Made by a program: the position numbers and the translations under genes
Part shown: in pieces, positions 1-8,658 of the stretch
Layout: each line of letters starts with the position of its first letter
How positions within the stretch are numbered: the first letter of the stretch is position 1
Assembly: GCF_014207535.1 (NCBI RefSeq)
Contig: NZ_JACHGK010000003.1
Coordinates: 232,635 to 256,634, forward strand
Reading direction: 5' to 3'
DNA: 24,000 nt
DNA from: Bacillus benzoevorans
GTDB taxonomy: Bacteria; Bacillota; Bacilli; Bacillales; Cytobacillaceae
The notes under the pieces: generated by a model
Told to the model about the DNA's origin: nothing
Database searches by the model: none
Seen by the model: only the letters and a program-made list of their open reading frames with translations

Positions 1-601
1 TTAGCTTTTCCGCTGTTTTTCTGCCGACTCCATGCATTTCAATGACCTTAAGGGGCCAGAGGAACTTTGGCACATCCCGTTTTCGCAGGACGGTAATGCC
101 AAGCGGTTTTTTCATATCGGAAGCGGTTTTGGCTAGAAAACGGTTCGGCGCGATGCCAATGCTGCATGGCAAATCAAGTTCACGCATGAGCTGCTTTTGA
201 ATTTGTTCAGCAATTTCGAGCGGGGAACCGAGTTCATAGCTATCGGTAATATCGACATATCCTTCATCAATCGACACGGGCTCAACCAACTCTGAATACT
301 GCTGCAGAATTTCAAACATGCCCTTTGAGGCTGTCCGGTAGCGCTCGAAATTTGGCCTTTTGACAATCAGATTTGGGCACAGTTTCTTTGCCTCCCAAAC
401 CGGCATCGTTGTTTTTACTCCGAATTTCCTCGCTTCATAGCTGCAGGTAACGACGACACCCCTTCGCTCCTCTGGATTACCGGCAATCGCGAGCGCCTTT
501 CCCTTTAACGAAGGATCATAGGCCATTTCAACTGAAGCATAAAAGCTGTTCATATCGACATGCAGAATGACCCGTCCCTTTTTCGGATACATTTCCTTCA
601 T
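1..601 (-). CDS. dinB: DNA polymerase IV (Y-family translesion polymerase), N-terminal ~200 codons; the C-terminus runs off the left edge
   Basis: Absent from the ORF track because it is edge-truncated. Reverse translation from the ATG at 601 gives MKEMYPKKGRVILHVDMNSFYASVEMAYDPSLKGKALAIAGNPEERRGVVVTCSYEARKFGVKTTMPVWEAKK...SIDEGYVDIT...IGIAPNRFLAKTASDMKKP. This includes the Y-family catalytic DMNSFYASVE and DEGYxD motifs. The frame stays open to base 2. Confidence 0.85.
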   Translation of the reverse strand, partial: MKEMYPKKGRVILHVDMNSFYASVEMAYDPSLKGKALAIAGNPEERRGVVVTCSYEARKFGVKTTMPVWEAKKLCPNLIVKRPNFERYRTASKGMFEILQQYSELVEPVSIDEGYVDITDSYELGSPLEIAEQIQKQLMRELDLPCSIGIAPNRFLAKTASDMKKPLGITVLRKRDVPKFLWPLKVIEMHGVGRKTAEKL

Positions 602-731
602 GTTGTTTGCACTTCCTATTTCTAGTACAAGCCGTTTAAAAAATCGGGTCTTCAGGTTTGATGAAGGACATTTTCCGGTGGCCTTGACTCGATTTTGTCC
701 TTCACAATCCAATTAAAGGGAAATTACCCCT

Positions 732-1850
732 TTATTCCCCTGCCACCTCTTTGATAATCTCTACGACCATTTCGGAGAGTTTATATAATTCCTCCACAGG
801 GATCTTTTCATTTGTTGTATGAATGTCCTCATAGCCGACAGCTAGGTTTACTGTTGGAATGCCTAAACCGGCAATGACATTGGCGTCACTTCCTCCGCCG
901 CTTTGCTGGAGTTCTGACGGGCGGCCGATTTTCGCGGCTGCTTTCTTTGCCACCTCGACAACATGATCACCGTCAGCGAATTTAAAGCCGGGATACATCA
1001 CTTCTACTTCGACATCGGCATGGCCGCCCATTTCACTCGCCACGCCTTCAAAGGCATCCTTCATTTTCCGCACCTGGGCCTTCATTTTTTCCGGAATTAA
1101 AGAGCGGGCTTCAGCGAGAATATCAACCCTGTCACAAACGATATTTGTCTGCTGACCTCCCTCAAAGCGTCCGATATTAGCTGTAGTTTCTTTATCGATG
1201 CGGCCTAAGGGCATGCGCGAAATGGCTTTGGCGGCAATCGTTATCGCGGAAACGCCTTTTTCTGGCGCTACACCGGCATGGGCCGTTTTTCCGTGAATAA
1301 TTGCTTTGACTTTCGCCTGCGTCGGCGCAGCCACAACAATGTTTCCTACTTTCCCATCGCTGTCGAGAGCATAGCCGAATTTCGCTTTAACTAAATTGCG
1401 GTCAAGTGCTTTAGAACCATTTAAACCTGATTCTTCGCCGACCGTGATAATAAATTGAATCTCACCATGTGCAATCTTTTCTTCCTGCAGCACGCGGACG
1501 GTCTCAAGCATTACGGCAAGTCCTGCTTTATCGTCCGCTCCAAGGATCGTTGTTCCATCGGTTACCACATAGCCGTCTTTAATCGATGGCTTTACTCCTT
1601 TTCCCGGTACAACTGTATCCATATGGGAGGTAAAATATATCGGATCCACTCCTCCCTTTGTTGCTGCCAGTGTGCAAATCAGATTACCCGCACCATGTCC
1701 GGTTACGGCTGTTGTATCGTCTTCATATACTTCTACACCCAGGGCGGTGAATTTTCCCTTTAATGCCTTCGCAATTTCCGCCTCATATTTGGTTTCGGAA
1801 TCGATTTGAACAAGCTCTAAAAATTCATTTAATAATCGTTCTTGATTCAT
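732..1850 (-). CDS. M20/M25/M40 family metallopeptidase (peptidase T-like, YqjE-like)
   Basis: 372-aa ORF with M20 metal-binding motifs: SHMDTV, GADDKAG, TVGEESG and HTTNEKIP. Its position after the carboxyltransferase and epimerase matches B. subtilis yqjC-yqjD-yqjE. An AAGGAGG RBS lies upstream of the ATG. Confidence 0.85.
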   Translation of the reverse strand: MNQERLLNEFLELVQIDSETKYEAEIAKALKGKFTALGVEVYEDDTTAVTGHGAGNLICTLAATKGGVDPIYFTSHMDTVVPGKGVKPSIKDGYVVTDGTTILGADDKAGLAVMLETVRVLQEEKIAHGEIQFIITVGEESGLNGSKALDRNLVKAKFGYALDSDGKVGNIVVAAPTQAKVKAIIHGKTAHAGVAPEKGVSAITIAAKAISRMPLGRIDKETTANIGRFEGGQQTNIVCDRVDILAEARSLIPEKMKAQVRKMKDAFEGVASEMGGHADVEVEVMYPGFKFADGDHVVEVAKKAAAKIGRPSELQQSGGGSDANVIAGLGIPTVNLAVGYEDIHTTNEKIPVEELYKLSEMVVEIIKEVAGE

Positions 1851-1885
1851 AATATGATCAGACCTCCTTGTGCTTCATTTTTTCT

Positions 1886-1914
1886 AGTATACATCTACCA
1901 CAATTTAGCATCAA
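1886..1914 (-). promoter_or_regulatory. Sigma-A-type promoter for the M20 peptidase gene
   Basis: The minus strand reads TTGATG, 17 nt, TATACT (-35 at 1914..1909, -10 at 1891..1886), about 35 nt upstream of the start codon. Confidence 0.4.
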
Positions 1915-1940
1915 ATATTTTAAGCCGTTCCAGTTTTGAA

Positions 1941-1975
1941 CAGAAAAAGCAGCCGGCACATACCGGCTGCTTTCT
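1941..1975 (-). terminator. Rho-independent terminator after the carboxyltransferase gene
   Basis: An 11-bp GC-rich stem, AAAGCAGCCGG (1946-1956) with CCGGCTGCTTT (1963-1973). On the minus strand it is followed by a T-run. Confidence 0.7.
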
Positions 1976-1991
1976 GCTGTCCTCTTCAAGA

Positions 1992-3542
1992 TTATAAAGG
2001 AATATTACTATGTTTTTTATATGGTCGTGATTCTTTCTTCGTCCGAAGCATTTCAAGCGCTTGAACAATTTTAATTCTTGTTTCGCGCGGGTCGATAACA
2101 TCGTCCACCATTCCTTTTGATGCGGCCACATAAGGGTTGGAGAATTTTTGTTTATATTCTTCGATTTTTTGCGCCCGTGTTTCTTCAGGGTTTGGACTAT
2201 TATTAATTTCCTTTGCAAAAATGATGTTCGCAGCTCCTTGCGAACCCATGACAGCGATTTCGGCATTTGGCCAAGCAAATACAAGGTCAGCACCAATCGA
2301 CTTACTATTTAATGCCACATAAGCACCGCCATAGGCTTTTCGTAAAATAACCGTTAATTTAGGCACTGTTGCTTCAGAATAGGCAAATAAAATTTTCGCA
2401 CCATGGCGGATGATTCCACCATGTTCCTGTTTAACCCCTGGAAAGAAACCGGATACATCTTCAAATGTAATAAGCGGAATATTAAACGCATCACAGAAAC
2501 GAATAAATCTGGAAGCTTTATCAGATGAGTCAATGTCTAATCCGCCGGCCATAAATTTCGGCTGGTTGCACACAAGTCCCACTACTTCTCCTTTAATGCG
2601 TGCTAAACCAATGACGATGTTTTTCGCAAAGTCAGGCTGCACTTCCATGAAGGAGTCCGTATCAACTACCTGGTCAATGACTTTCCGCACATCATATGGA
2701 CGGACTGTATCAAATGGAATCACTTCGGTTAAATCCGGACGGTAATCATCATCATCCGCCGCCTCCAGCATTGGCGGTTTTTCTTCGTTATTTTGCGGCA
2801 GATAGCTTAATAGTTTACGAACCTGTTCGATAACCTCTGCTTCTGTTTTAGCCCGGAAATGAGCGTTACCGCTGATGGAGTTATGCACCTTTGCACCGCC
2901 AAGATCTTCAGAAGAAATCTTTTCCCCGGTAACGGTTTCAATAACCTTTGGACCTGTAATAAACATTTGGCTTGTTTTTTCTACCATGAAGACAAAGTCT
3001 GTAATCGCAGGAGAGTACACGGCACCGCCGGCACAAGGTCCCATAATAACAGAGATTTGCGGAATCACACCGGAATAAATCGAGTTGCGGTAGAAAATGT
3101 GTCCGTATCCGTCCAGCGATACGACACCTTCCTGGATTCTCGCGCCGCCGGAATCATTCAGGCCGATAAAAGGAGCACCGTTATTTGCCGCAAGATCCAT
3201 TACCTTGGCAATTTTCTTCGCGTGCATCTCGCCAAGGGCTCCGCCAAATACGGTAAAGTCTTGAGCAAACAAGTAAATTGGGCGGCCATTCACTTTACCA
3301 AATCCCGTGACAACCCCATCACCGGGACTCTTATCTTTATCTAAACCAAAATCGACACAGTTATGTTCAATGAAGGCATTAATCTCAACAAATGTTCCCG
3401 GATCACAAAGCAAATCGATCCGCTCTCTTGCTGTTAATTTCCCCTTACTATGCTGCTTCTCAATCTTATCGTCCCCTCCGCCTAGCTCGATGGCAGACTT
3501 TCTGTCATATAAATCATGTATAGTATCATAGATGTCCATCAT
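1992..3542 (-). CDS. Acyl-CoA carboxylase carboxyltransferase (beta) subunit, propionyl-CoA carboxylase beta / methylmalonyl-CoA carboxyltransferase family (YqjD-like)
   Basis: Full-length carboxyl-transferase architecture (GKLTARERIDLL, GGARIQEG, PQISVIMGPCAGGAVYSPA, NxxGxxxRxAK-type C-terminal half). I prefer the ATG at 3542 (MMDIYD...). It sits 2 nt after the epimerase stop with a GAAAGGAA RBS. The track start at 3578 would overlap the epimerase by 35 nt. Confidence 0.9.
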   Translation of the reverse strand: MMDIYDTIHDLYDRKSAIELGGGDDKIEKQHSKGKLTARERIDLLCDPGTFVEINAFIEHNCVDFGLDKDKSPGDGVVTGFGKVNGRPIYLFAQDFTVFGGALGEMHAKKIAKVMDLAANNGAPFIGLNDSGGARIQEGVVSLDGYGHIFYRNSIYSGVIPQISVIMGPCAGGAVYSPAITDFVFMVEKTSQMFITGPKVIETVTGEKISSEDLGGAKVHNSISGNAHFRAKTEAEVIEQVRKLLSYLPQNNEEKPPMLEAADDDDYRPDLTEVIPFDTVRPYDVRKVIDQVVDTDSFMEVQPDFAKNIVIGLARIKGEVVGLVCNQPKFMAGGLDIDSSDKASRFIRFCDAFNIPLITFEDVSGFFPGVKQEHGGIIRHGAKILFAYSEATVPKLTVILRKAYGGAYVALNSKSIGADLVFAWPNAEIAVMGSQGAANIIFAKEINNSPNPEETRAQKIEEYKQKFSNPYVAASKGMVDDVIDPRETRIKIVQALEMLRTKKESRPYKKHSNIPL

Positions 3543-3543
3543 T

Positions 3544-3957
3544 TCAGTGGCCCATTCCTTTCTTTTCACATAATTCAACTAAAACACTGCCGGTAGATTT
3601 GGGATGCATAAATGCGACGTGTGAGCCGCCGGCCCCTAATCTTGGCTGTTCATCAATCATTTTGATACCATTCTCTTTCATATCTTGAATTCTTTCTTCA
3701 ATAGAAGTGACTCCAAGAGCAATATGATGAATGCCTTGACCGCGTTTTTCGATAAATTTCGCAATCGCGCCGTCATTCCCCATCGGCTCAAGCAGCTCAA
3801 TATGTGTGTTGCCCGTGTCGATAAATGCCACCTTTACCTTCTGACTTTCCACAGTCTCGATTCCCAGAAGTTTCAGCTTCAGTACGTCCGTATAAAACGG
3901 CAGAGACTCCTCCAGAGATTTGACAGCGATTCCAATATGGTCCACCCTGTTAATCAT
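3544..3957 (-). CDS. mce: Methylmalonyl-CoA epimerase (VOC superfamily; YqjC-like)
   Basis: 137-aa VOC-fold protein (VDHIGIAV...IELLEP...GQGIHHIAL...AFMHPKST). It lies immediately upstream of, and is translationally coupled to, the carboxyltransferase. Confidence 0.8.
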   Translation of the reverse strand: MINRVDHIGIAVKSLEESLPFYTDVLKLKLLGIETVESQKVKVAFIDTGNTHIELLEPMGNDGAIAKFIEKRGQGIHHIALGVTSIEERIQDMKENGIKMIDEQPRLGAGGSHVAFMHPKSTGSVLVELCEKKGMGH

Positions 3958-4092
3958 TTCCCCAATCCCTCTCTTCGTTGAAAAAGTTAAGCCAATTATT
4001 AAATTTTTCTATGTAATTATTAGTTTACTATAAATCTTTCAAAAATTCCTCACTTTTCTGAACGGTTGCTCAATTTCTTTTTTTTTGACAAG

Positions 4093-4121
4093 TTGTCCAA
4101 TCCTCCTTTTCCTTGTAAAAT
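4093..4121 (+). promoter_or_regulatory. Sigma-A-type promoter for the small membrane peptide gene
   Basis: TTGTCC (4093-4098), 17 nt, TAAAAT (4116-4121), with TG immediately upstream of the -10 and a T9 tract upstream of the -35. Confidence 0.4.
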
Positions 4122-4185
4122 AAGAGTTGAACGTAATTTATTGCATGGATATTTAGGGATTCATTTTATTGGAGGGATATTAAGG

Positions 4186-4287
4186 TTGTCTAAAAAGCGT
4201 AAAAACAAAATGAAGATTGTTGTCTATCTCATGATTTTCGCCATCTTAGCTTCAACATTCTTAACTGGCATTGCCATCCTGTTCTAG
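4186..4287 (+). CDS. Small membrane peptide, 33 aa (LSKKRKNKMKIVVYLMIFAILASTFLTGIAILF)
   Basis: GGAGGG RBS at 4171-4176, with a TTG start 9 nt downstream. It has a basic N-terminus, one hydrophobic helix and its own terminator directly after the stop. The 73-aa track ORF (4066..) has no RBS at its start. Confidence 0.5.
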   Translation: MSKKRKNKMKIVVYLMIFAILASTFLTGIAILF

Positions 4288-4302
4288 CACGAGCTTGTAT
4301 AT

Positions 4303-4326
4303 ACCCCTGCCATAGGGGTTTTTTTA
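4303..4326 (+). terminator. Rho-independent terminator
   Basis: CCCCT-GCCAT-AGGGG hairpin followed by TTTTTTT. Confidence 0.55.
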
Positions 4327-4476
4327 TATTATTTTCAAGAAAATATCCACTTCGAAACAATGGTACCTTTTAGAAATGAATAAACTGTTAAAAAATTTTG
4401 AATTAACAGCTTGTATTATAGTAATATACTTCCACATTCACCTCATATCCTATAGAATGAAAGTGAAAGGGGGGAA

Positions 4477-4842
4477 ATGGAAATGCAAGCACATTTAAAT
4501 TCCATTGCGAAGTGGGGGAAATTTCTCGGCTATGTTTATATCGTAGTTGGAGCGATTGATGCATTATTTGGATTATTTGCTTTTATCGTCGGTGCGCTGC
4601 CGGGTGTTATTATGATCTTTCTTGGAATATTTCTTCTTCGCGCCGGAAAAGAAGCAGAAAACCTATTGAGAGAGTACGATGAACGACCGTTGGCGGAACT
4701 GCTTAATAACTTTGCCAAATACCTTAAAGTCATGGGCATTCTTTTTATTATTGGAATCGTTTTTGCAATTATTATGGTTATTTTTGCATTTACAGGGGCA
4801 TTCTTTTTCGGAGATTTATTAAACAATATGAATTATATGTAA
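4477..4842 (+). CDS. Hypothetical integral membrane protein (3 predicted TM helices)
   Basis: 121-aa ORF with an AAAGGGGGG RBS. It has two N-terminal hydrophobic helices, an amphipathic linker (AGKEAENLLREYDERPLAELL) and a C-terminal helix. I recognise no family motif. Confidence 0.65.
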   Translation: MEMQAHLNSIAKWGKFLGYVYIVVGAIDALFGLFAFIVGALPGVIMIFLGIFLLRAGKEAENLLREYDERPLAELLNNFAKYLKVMGILFIIGIVFAIIMVIFAFTGAFFFGDLLNNMNYM

Positions 4843-4846
4843 TAAA

Positions 4847-4906
4847 AGAGGAGACGAACAACTTTGCTAATCAGGATATCTTAGCAGATAGATTCGTCTC
4901 CTTTTC
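4847..4906. terminator. Two-tier hairpin, probable bidirectional terminator between convergent genes
   Basis: GGAGACGAA (4851-4859) pairs with TTCGTCTCC (4894-4902). An inner TGCTAA/TTAGCA stem sits inside. An A-rich tract lies on one side and a T-rich tract on the other. Confidence 0.5.
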
Positions 4907-4955
4907 CATGTTCTCTTTTCAAATTCTTTTTTTCCTTTCCCGATCGATCCCAATG

Positions 4956-5114
4956 CTATTTTTTCACTAGACCGATGCGCCTTTTAAGCGGCAGGCTGTA
5001 GCATGCATCACAAACACCATCATTATCCATATACTCATTTTCATCTAAAATGATCTGATTACAATTAGAGCATTCCCATTGCTGAACTTTGACTGATTCC
5101 TCAACATGCTCCAC
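4956..5114 (-). CDS. Small zinc-ribbon protein, 52 aa (CxxC...CxxC)
   Basis: Not in the ORF track (under 60 aa). An AAGGAG RBS is followed by a GTG start. Translation: VEHVEESVKVQQWECSNCNQIILDENEYMDNDGVCDACYSLPLKRRIGLVKK, with two CxxC knuckles 18 residues apart. The length is exactly 53 codons to a TAG. Confidence 0.5.
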   Translation of the reverse strand: MEHVEESVKVQQWECSNCNQIILDENEYMDNDGVCDACYSLPLKRRIGLVKK

Positions 5115-5263
5115 AAACCCTCATCTCCTTTTTTCTGAATAATATTCGAGAAAAAAGGGGGAATTCCTGCATAATAAATAAAGCAGTGAGGAAAAAACAC
5201 TTGTGGTGTCGAATCCCGCATAGGGTAAGGGGTTAAATCACGAAAGCATCAGCTAATTAAGGA

Positions 5264-6244
5264 TCATCCGTTTGCCGCTTTTTTCTTTCTGTCCTCCATC
5301 CCTTTAAATGCCTGCTTTATCAGCAAGTATTGTTCCATTTCTTTAATAAAATGAAGCAGTGCCGCGCGAATCTCAAATTCTTCCCTCGTTTTTGGCAGTT
5401 CCATTTTTTCAAACGCGTGGTGCATTTCGGCTAATTGATCTAAATAAAGCACCGCTGTATTCCCTGAATGAATATGCTCGGCAAGTTCCTCTATAAATGC
5501 GGCAATCATCCTCCCCTGCGTAACCGTATGGGAAATGGACGTAATAATAGGCAGTACCCGTTCAATAATTTCAAACTGCTTTTCCCTCATGGAAAGATAG
5601 GTATAGTAGATGTCGTCGTGGTGCAAAAAGCGATTTTCCATCACTTGAATGGAAAGCAGCTTCGCTTCCTTGAGCAGTTTGACCGTCTCGGGAATTTCGC
5701 GGCCATCCCAGTCATACTCTCCCTCGCGTAGGAAGCGGACAATTTCTAAAAAGATGGTTTTGAAGTTCGCCTCAATTTTTTTCTGATAATCGATGATTTT
5801 ATGATCTACACTTGGCATATACGTATTAACGACAAGAGCCACCCCGACCCCGATGAAAATAATAGCGATTTCATTCCAGATGAACGCAAGCGTGACATTG
5901 CCCTGTGAAAAAAAGTGAAAGACAATGACGGTACTCGATACAATTCCCTCGCTGGCCTTGAGCATCACCGCCGTCGGGATAAAAAGAAGCAGCAATAAGC
6001 CGATGACTAGCGGATGGTAGGCAATTCCTTCAAAAAAGAGGATCGCAAACGCCATGGCTGTTAAGCAGGAGAGAATCCGTTCCCATGAAGCCTGCAGTGA
6101 TTTTCTTTTTGTGACCTGAATACATAAAATGGTTAATATACCGGCCGAAACAAAGTTTTGCAGTCCAAAATATTGCGCCAGGACAATCGCAGCCGTTGCC
6201 CCGATCGCCGATTTAATCGTCCGGTACCCAATGCGAAATTTCAT
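5264..6244 (-). CDS. Aromatic acid exporter (ArAE/FUSC-like) family membrane protein, YqjA-like
   Basis: 326-aa protein. The N-terminal half has about 5 TM helices and the C-terminal half is a soluble helical domain. Its position between the art operon and the mce operon matches B. subtilis yqjA. The RBS is AAGGGAG. Confidence 0.75.
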   Translation of the reverse strand: MKFRIGYRTIKSAIGATAAIVLAQYFGLQNFVSAGILTILCIQVTKRKSLQASWERILSCLTAMAFAILFFEGIAYHPLVIGLLLLLFIPTAVMLKASEGIVSSTVIVFHFFSQGNVTLAFIWNEIAIIFIGVGVALVVNTYMPSVDHKIIDYQKKIEANFKTIFLEIVRFLREGEYDWDGREIPETVKLLKEAKLLSIQVMENRFLHHDDIYYTYLSMREKQFEIIERVLPIITSISHTVTQGRMIAAFIEELAEHIHSGNTAVLYLDQLAEMHHAFEKMELPKTREEFEIRAALLHFIKEMEQYLLIKQAFKGMEDRKKKAANG

Positions 6245-6302
6245 TCCCCAATCTCCCTTAAAGTTTTTCCTGTTCCTATTAGTTTACCATGTATAATTTC
6301 AC

Positions 6303-6345
6303 AAAAAAAAGTTTTGCCGTTCAGATTGAGCGGCAAAACTTTTTC
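6303..6345 (-). terminator. Rho-independent terminator of the art operon
   Basis: A 12-bp stem, AAAGTTTTGCCG (6308-6319) with CGGCAAAACTTT (6331-6342). The A8 tract at 6303-6310 gives a U8 tail on the minus strand. Confidence 0.75.
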
Positions 6346-6394
6346 AATTCAAATACTTAGCTGATGCATATAGATACCTGTCGCACTAAAAACG

Positions 6395-7117
6395 TTAAAG
6401 GATTTTCTCCAAAAATTCTTTCGCTCTCTGACTCTTTGGCTGAGTAAAGAATTCTTCTGGCGGAGAATCCTCTGCTAGTACACCGCCATCTAAAAACAGA
6501 ACCCGATCAGCCACTTCTCGAGCAAAGCCCATTTCATGCGTTACAATGGCCATCGTCATTCCCGATTCAGCGAGTGACTTCATCACATCAAGAACTTCTT
6601 TTACCATTTCCGGATCTAAGGCGGAAGTCGGTTCATCAAAGAGCATGATTTTCGGTTCCATCGCTAATGCGCGGGCAATGGCGACACGCTGCTTCTGTCC
6701 GCCGGATAAGCGGCCGGGATATTCTTTTGCTTTTTCCGCGAGACCGACCTTTTCGAGCAGTTTCATCGCCTTATCCTCGGCATTCTTTTTTGACAGCCGT
6801 TTCACCTTCATCGGAGCATAGGTTAGGTTTTCTAAAACAGTCATATGTGGAAACAAATGAAAGTGCTGGAACACCATTCCGACGTTCTGTCTCATTTTCA
6901 TAATGTTCGTTTTTTTATCGGTAATATCCATATTGTTAATGTAAATATGCCCGCCTGTCGGTTTTTCCAGTAGATTCATACAGCGTAGAAAGGTCGATTT
7001 TCCTGAGCCGGACGGACCAATAATCGCGACAACCTGACCCTCTTTAATCGTGGTCGTAATCCCTTTTAAAACTTCAAGTCTGCCGAAATTCTTCGTTAAT
7101 CCTTCAACTTTAATCAC
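6395..7117 (-). CDS. artM: Polar amino-acid ABC transporter ATP-binding protein (arginine transporter ArtM/ArtR, YqiZ-like)
   Basis: Walker [11 protein letters not shown]-loop, signature LSGGQKQR, Walker [13 protein letters not shown] and H-loop THEM. It is the last gene of the binding protein-permease-ATPase operon, next to brxB as in B. subtilis yqiXYZ. Confidence 0.85.
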   Translation of the reverse strand: MIKVEGLTKNFGRLEVLKGITTTIKEGQVVAIIGPSGSGKSTFLRCMNLLEKPTGGHIYINNMDITDKKTNIMKMRQNVGMVFQHFHLFPHMTVLENLTYAPMKVKRLSKKNAEDKAMKLLEKVGLAEKAKEYPGRLSGGQKQRVAIARALAMEPKIMLFDEPTSALDPEMVKEVLDVMKSLAESGMTMAIVTHEMGFAREVADRVLFLDGGVLAEDSPPEEFFTQPKSQRAKEFLEKIL

Positions 7118-7769
7118 CTTTTCTCAATCTCCTCTCGACAGCCTTTCCAATCAGGGTAAGGAACATGACTAAAACATAATAAATAATACCGGCTAAAAGC
7201 AACGGTTCGATAAAGCGGAATGTGTCGGATCCGACCTGATAAGCGCGGCGCATGACATCCATGACTCCAATGGTCGTAACGATTGCTGATTCCTTCGTTA
7301 ATGTTATAAATTCATTCATCAGTGAAGGCAGGATATTTTTCAACGCCTGCGGCAATACGATATTGATCATCATCGGACTGTATGGCACTCCGAGCGCCAT
7401 CGCCGCTTCACTTTGTCCTTTATCGACAGCAAGAATACCCCCACGGATAATTTCAGAAATATAAGCCGTTGAATTTAAGGCAAATGAAATGATTGCCGCC
7501 GTATACGGCTCAATTTGGTAACCGATCAGCTGCGGCGAGCCAAAATAAATAATCATTAACTGCAGCACAAGCGGCGTACCGCGAAATATCGATGTATAGA
7601 AATCGGCAATCCCATTTAATAGTTTTATTTTACTAATTTTAAATAACGATAAAATAATTCCGAACACAAATCCCAGCAGACCGGCAAAAAAAGCAATCTG
7701 AAGTGTTACTCCTACCCCTTTCAGGATAAAGGGAAACGAAGGGAGAACGGAGCTAAAATCTAAATTCAT
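7110..7769 (-). CDS. artQ: Amino-acid ABC transporter permease (ArtQ, YqiY-like)
   Basis: His/Glu/Gln/Arg/opine permease family, with EAA-type loop [24 protein letters not shown] prefer the start at MNLDFSS (7769, 219 aa) over the track start at 7802. It overlaps the ATPase start by 8 nt. Confidence 0.85.
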   Translation of the reverse strand: MNLDFSSVLPSFPFILKGVGVTLQIAFFAGLLGFVFGIILSLFKISKIKLLNGIADFYTSIFRGTPLVLQLMIIYFGSPQLIGYQIEPYTAAIISFALNSTAYISEIIRGGILAVDKGQSEAAMALGVPYSPMMINIVLPQALKNILPSLMNEFITLTKESAIVTTIGVMDVMRRAYQVGSDTFRFIEPLLLAGIIYYVLVMFLTLIGKAVERRLRKGD

Positions 7770-7863
7770 GACCTGAACGCACCCTCTCAAATTCAATATC
7801 AAATTAACGTATAAAAACGTTCAGAATGAAGTTTTTCTGAACGTTTCCGTTTCTATCTGATTG

Positions 7864-8658
7864 TTATTTAGCATCAAAATAGTTTTTTACAATCTTATCG
7901 ATCTCGCCATTTTCAATCATCGTTTTTAATTCTTGATTAAACTTCTCCGTCAGCTCACTGTCCTTTGGAAAGGCAATAGCAAATCCGCCATCTGTATCTT
8001 CAATCGTGAAGCTTTCGATATCCGGATTTTCATCAAGATATCCTTTAGCACTGGTGTCTTCAATAATCGCTGCATCCATCCGTCCTACCTTGATTTCCTG
8101 GATTAGTTCAGGAATACGATTACGCGCATCTACAGTGAACGGTGTTTCTTTTGCCAGTTCATTTGCTTTATCCTGTTGAATGGAACCAAGCTGGGCTCCG
8201 ACTTTTTTTCCTTCCAAATCAGCAACCGTTTTAATGCCACTGCCTTTTTTCGAAACAATGACATGCTTGGAAGTATAGTAAATATCACTAAAATCAACGC
8301 TTTTTCTGCGTTCGTCGGTTGCCGACATAGCGGACATAACGAAATCAACTTGTCCGTTTTGCAGAGCTGCAATCAGACCGCCAAAATCCATATCATTGAT
8401 TTTCAGATCATAACCAAGTTTGTCTGTAATCGTCTTGGCAATTTCAATATCAATCCCGATTGGTTTGTCACCTTTCGCTGTATCGATATATTCAAAAGGT
8501 TTATAATCGGCTGATGTTCCCATTGTTAACACTTTAGTCTCAGTATCAGCACCTTCTGCTGCCTTCTGTTCTGTTTCCTTTTTAGCTCCAGTGCCGCATG
8601 CGGCGAGAATGCCGATAAGCAGGATGCCCATCATGAATAAAGAAAATAATTTTTTCAA
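7864..8658 (-). CDS. artP: Amino-acid ABC transporter substrate-binding lipoprotein (ArtP, YqiX-like)
   Basis: Signal peptide with lipobox LAAC-G, followed by a type-3 periplasmic binding fold (GTSADYKPFEY...GLIAALQNGQVDFV). TTG start behind an AAAGGAGGAG RBS. Confidence 0.8.
   Translation of the reverse strand: MKKLFSLFMMGILLIGILAACGTGAKKETEQKAAEGADTETKVLTMGTSADYKPFEYIDTAKGDKPIGIDIEIAKTITDKLGYDLKINDMDFGGLIAALQNGQVDFVMSAMSATDERRKSVDFSDIYYTSKHVIVSKKGSGIKTVADLEGKKVGAQLGSIQQDKANELAKETPFTVDARNRIPELIQEIKVGRMDAAIIEDTSAKGYLDENPDIESFTIEDTDGGFAIAFPKDSELTEKFNQELKTMIENGEIDKIVKNYFDAK

Noticed and set aside
602-731. A LexA (Cheo box, CGAAC-N4-GTTCG) operator upstream of dinB
   Set aside because: No CGAAC/GTTCG pair is present in the 130-bp upstream region, so SOS control cannot be claimed from this sequence.
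1455-3531. Multiple 60-160-aa ORFs antisense or out of frame within the peptidase and carboxyltransferase genes. Similar cases lie inside artM, artQ, artP, the sirtuin, the anti-sigma gene, the MOSC gene, the DUF4256 gene, the GNAT gene and the GH3 gene.
   Set aside because: They are fully nested in genes with strong family motifs. They lack RBSs and have compositionally biased translations typical of shadow ORFs.
5195-5225. A tRNA/tmRNA-like T-arm sequence (GGGATTCGACACC)
   Set aside because: There is no complementary acceptor or T-stem strand and no other tRNA arms nearby. It is an isolated resemblance only.
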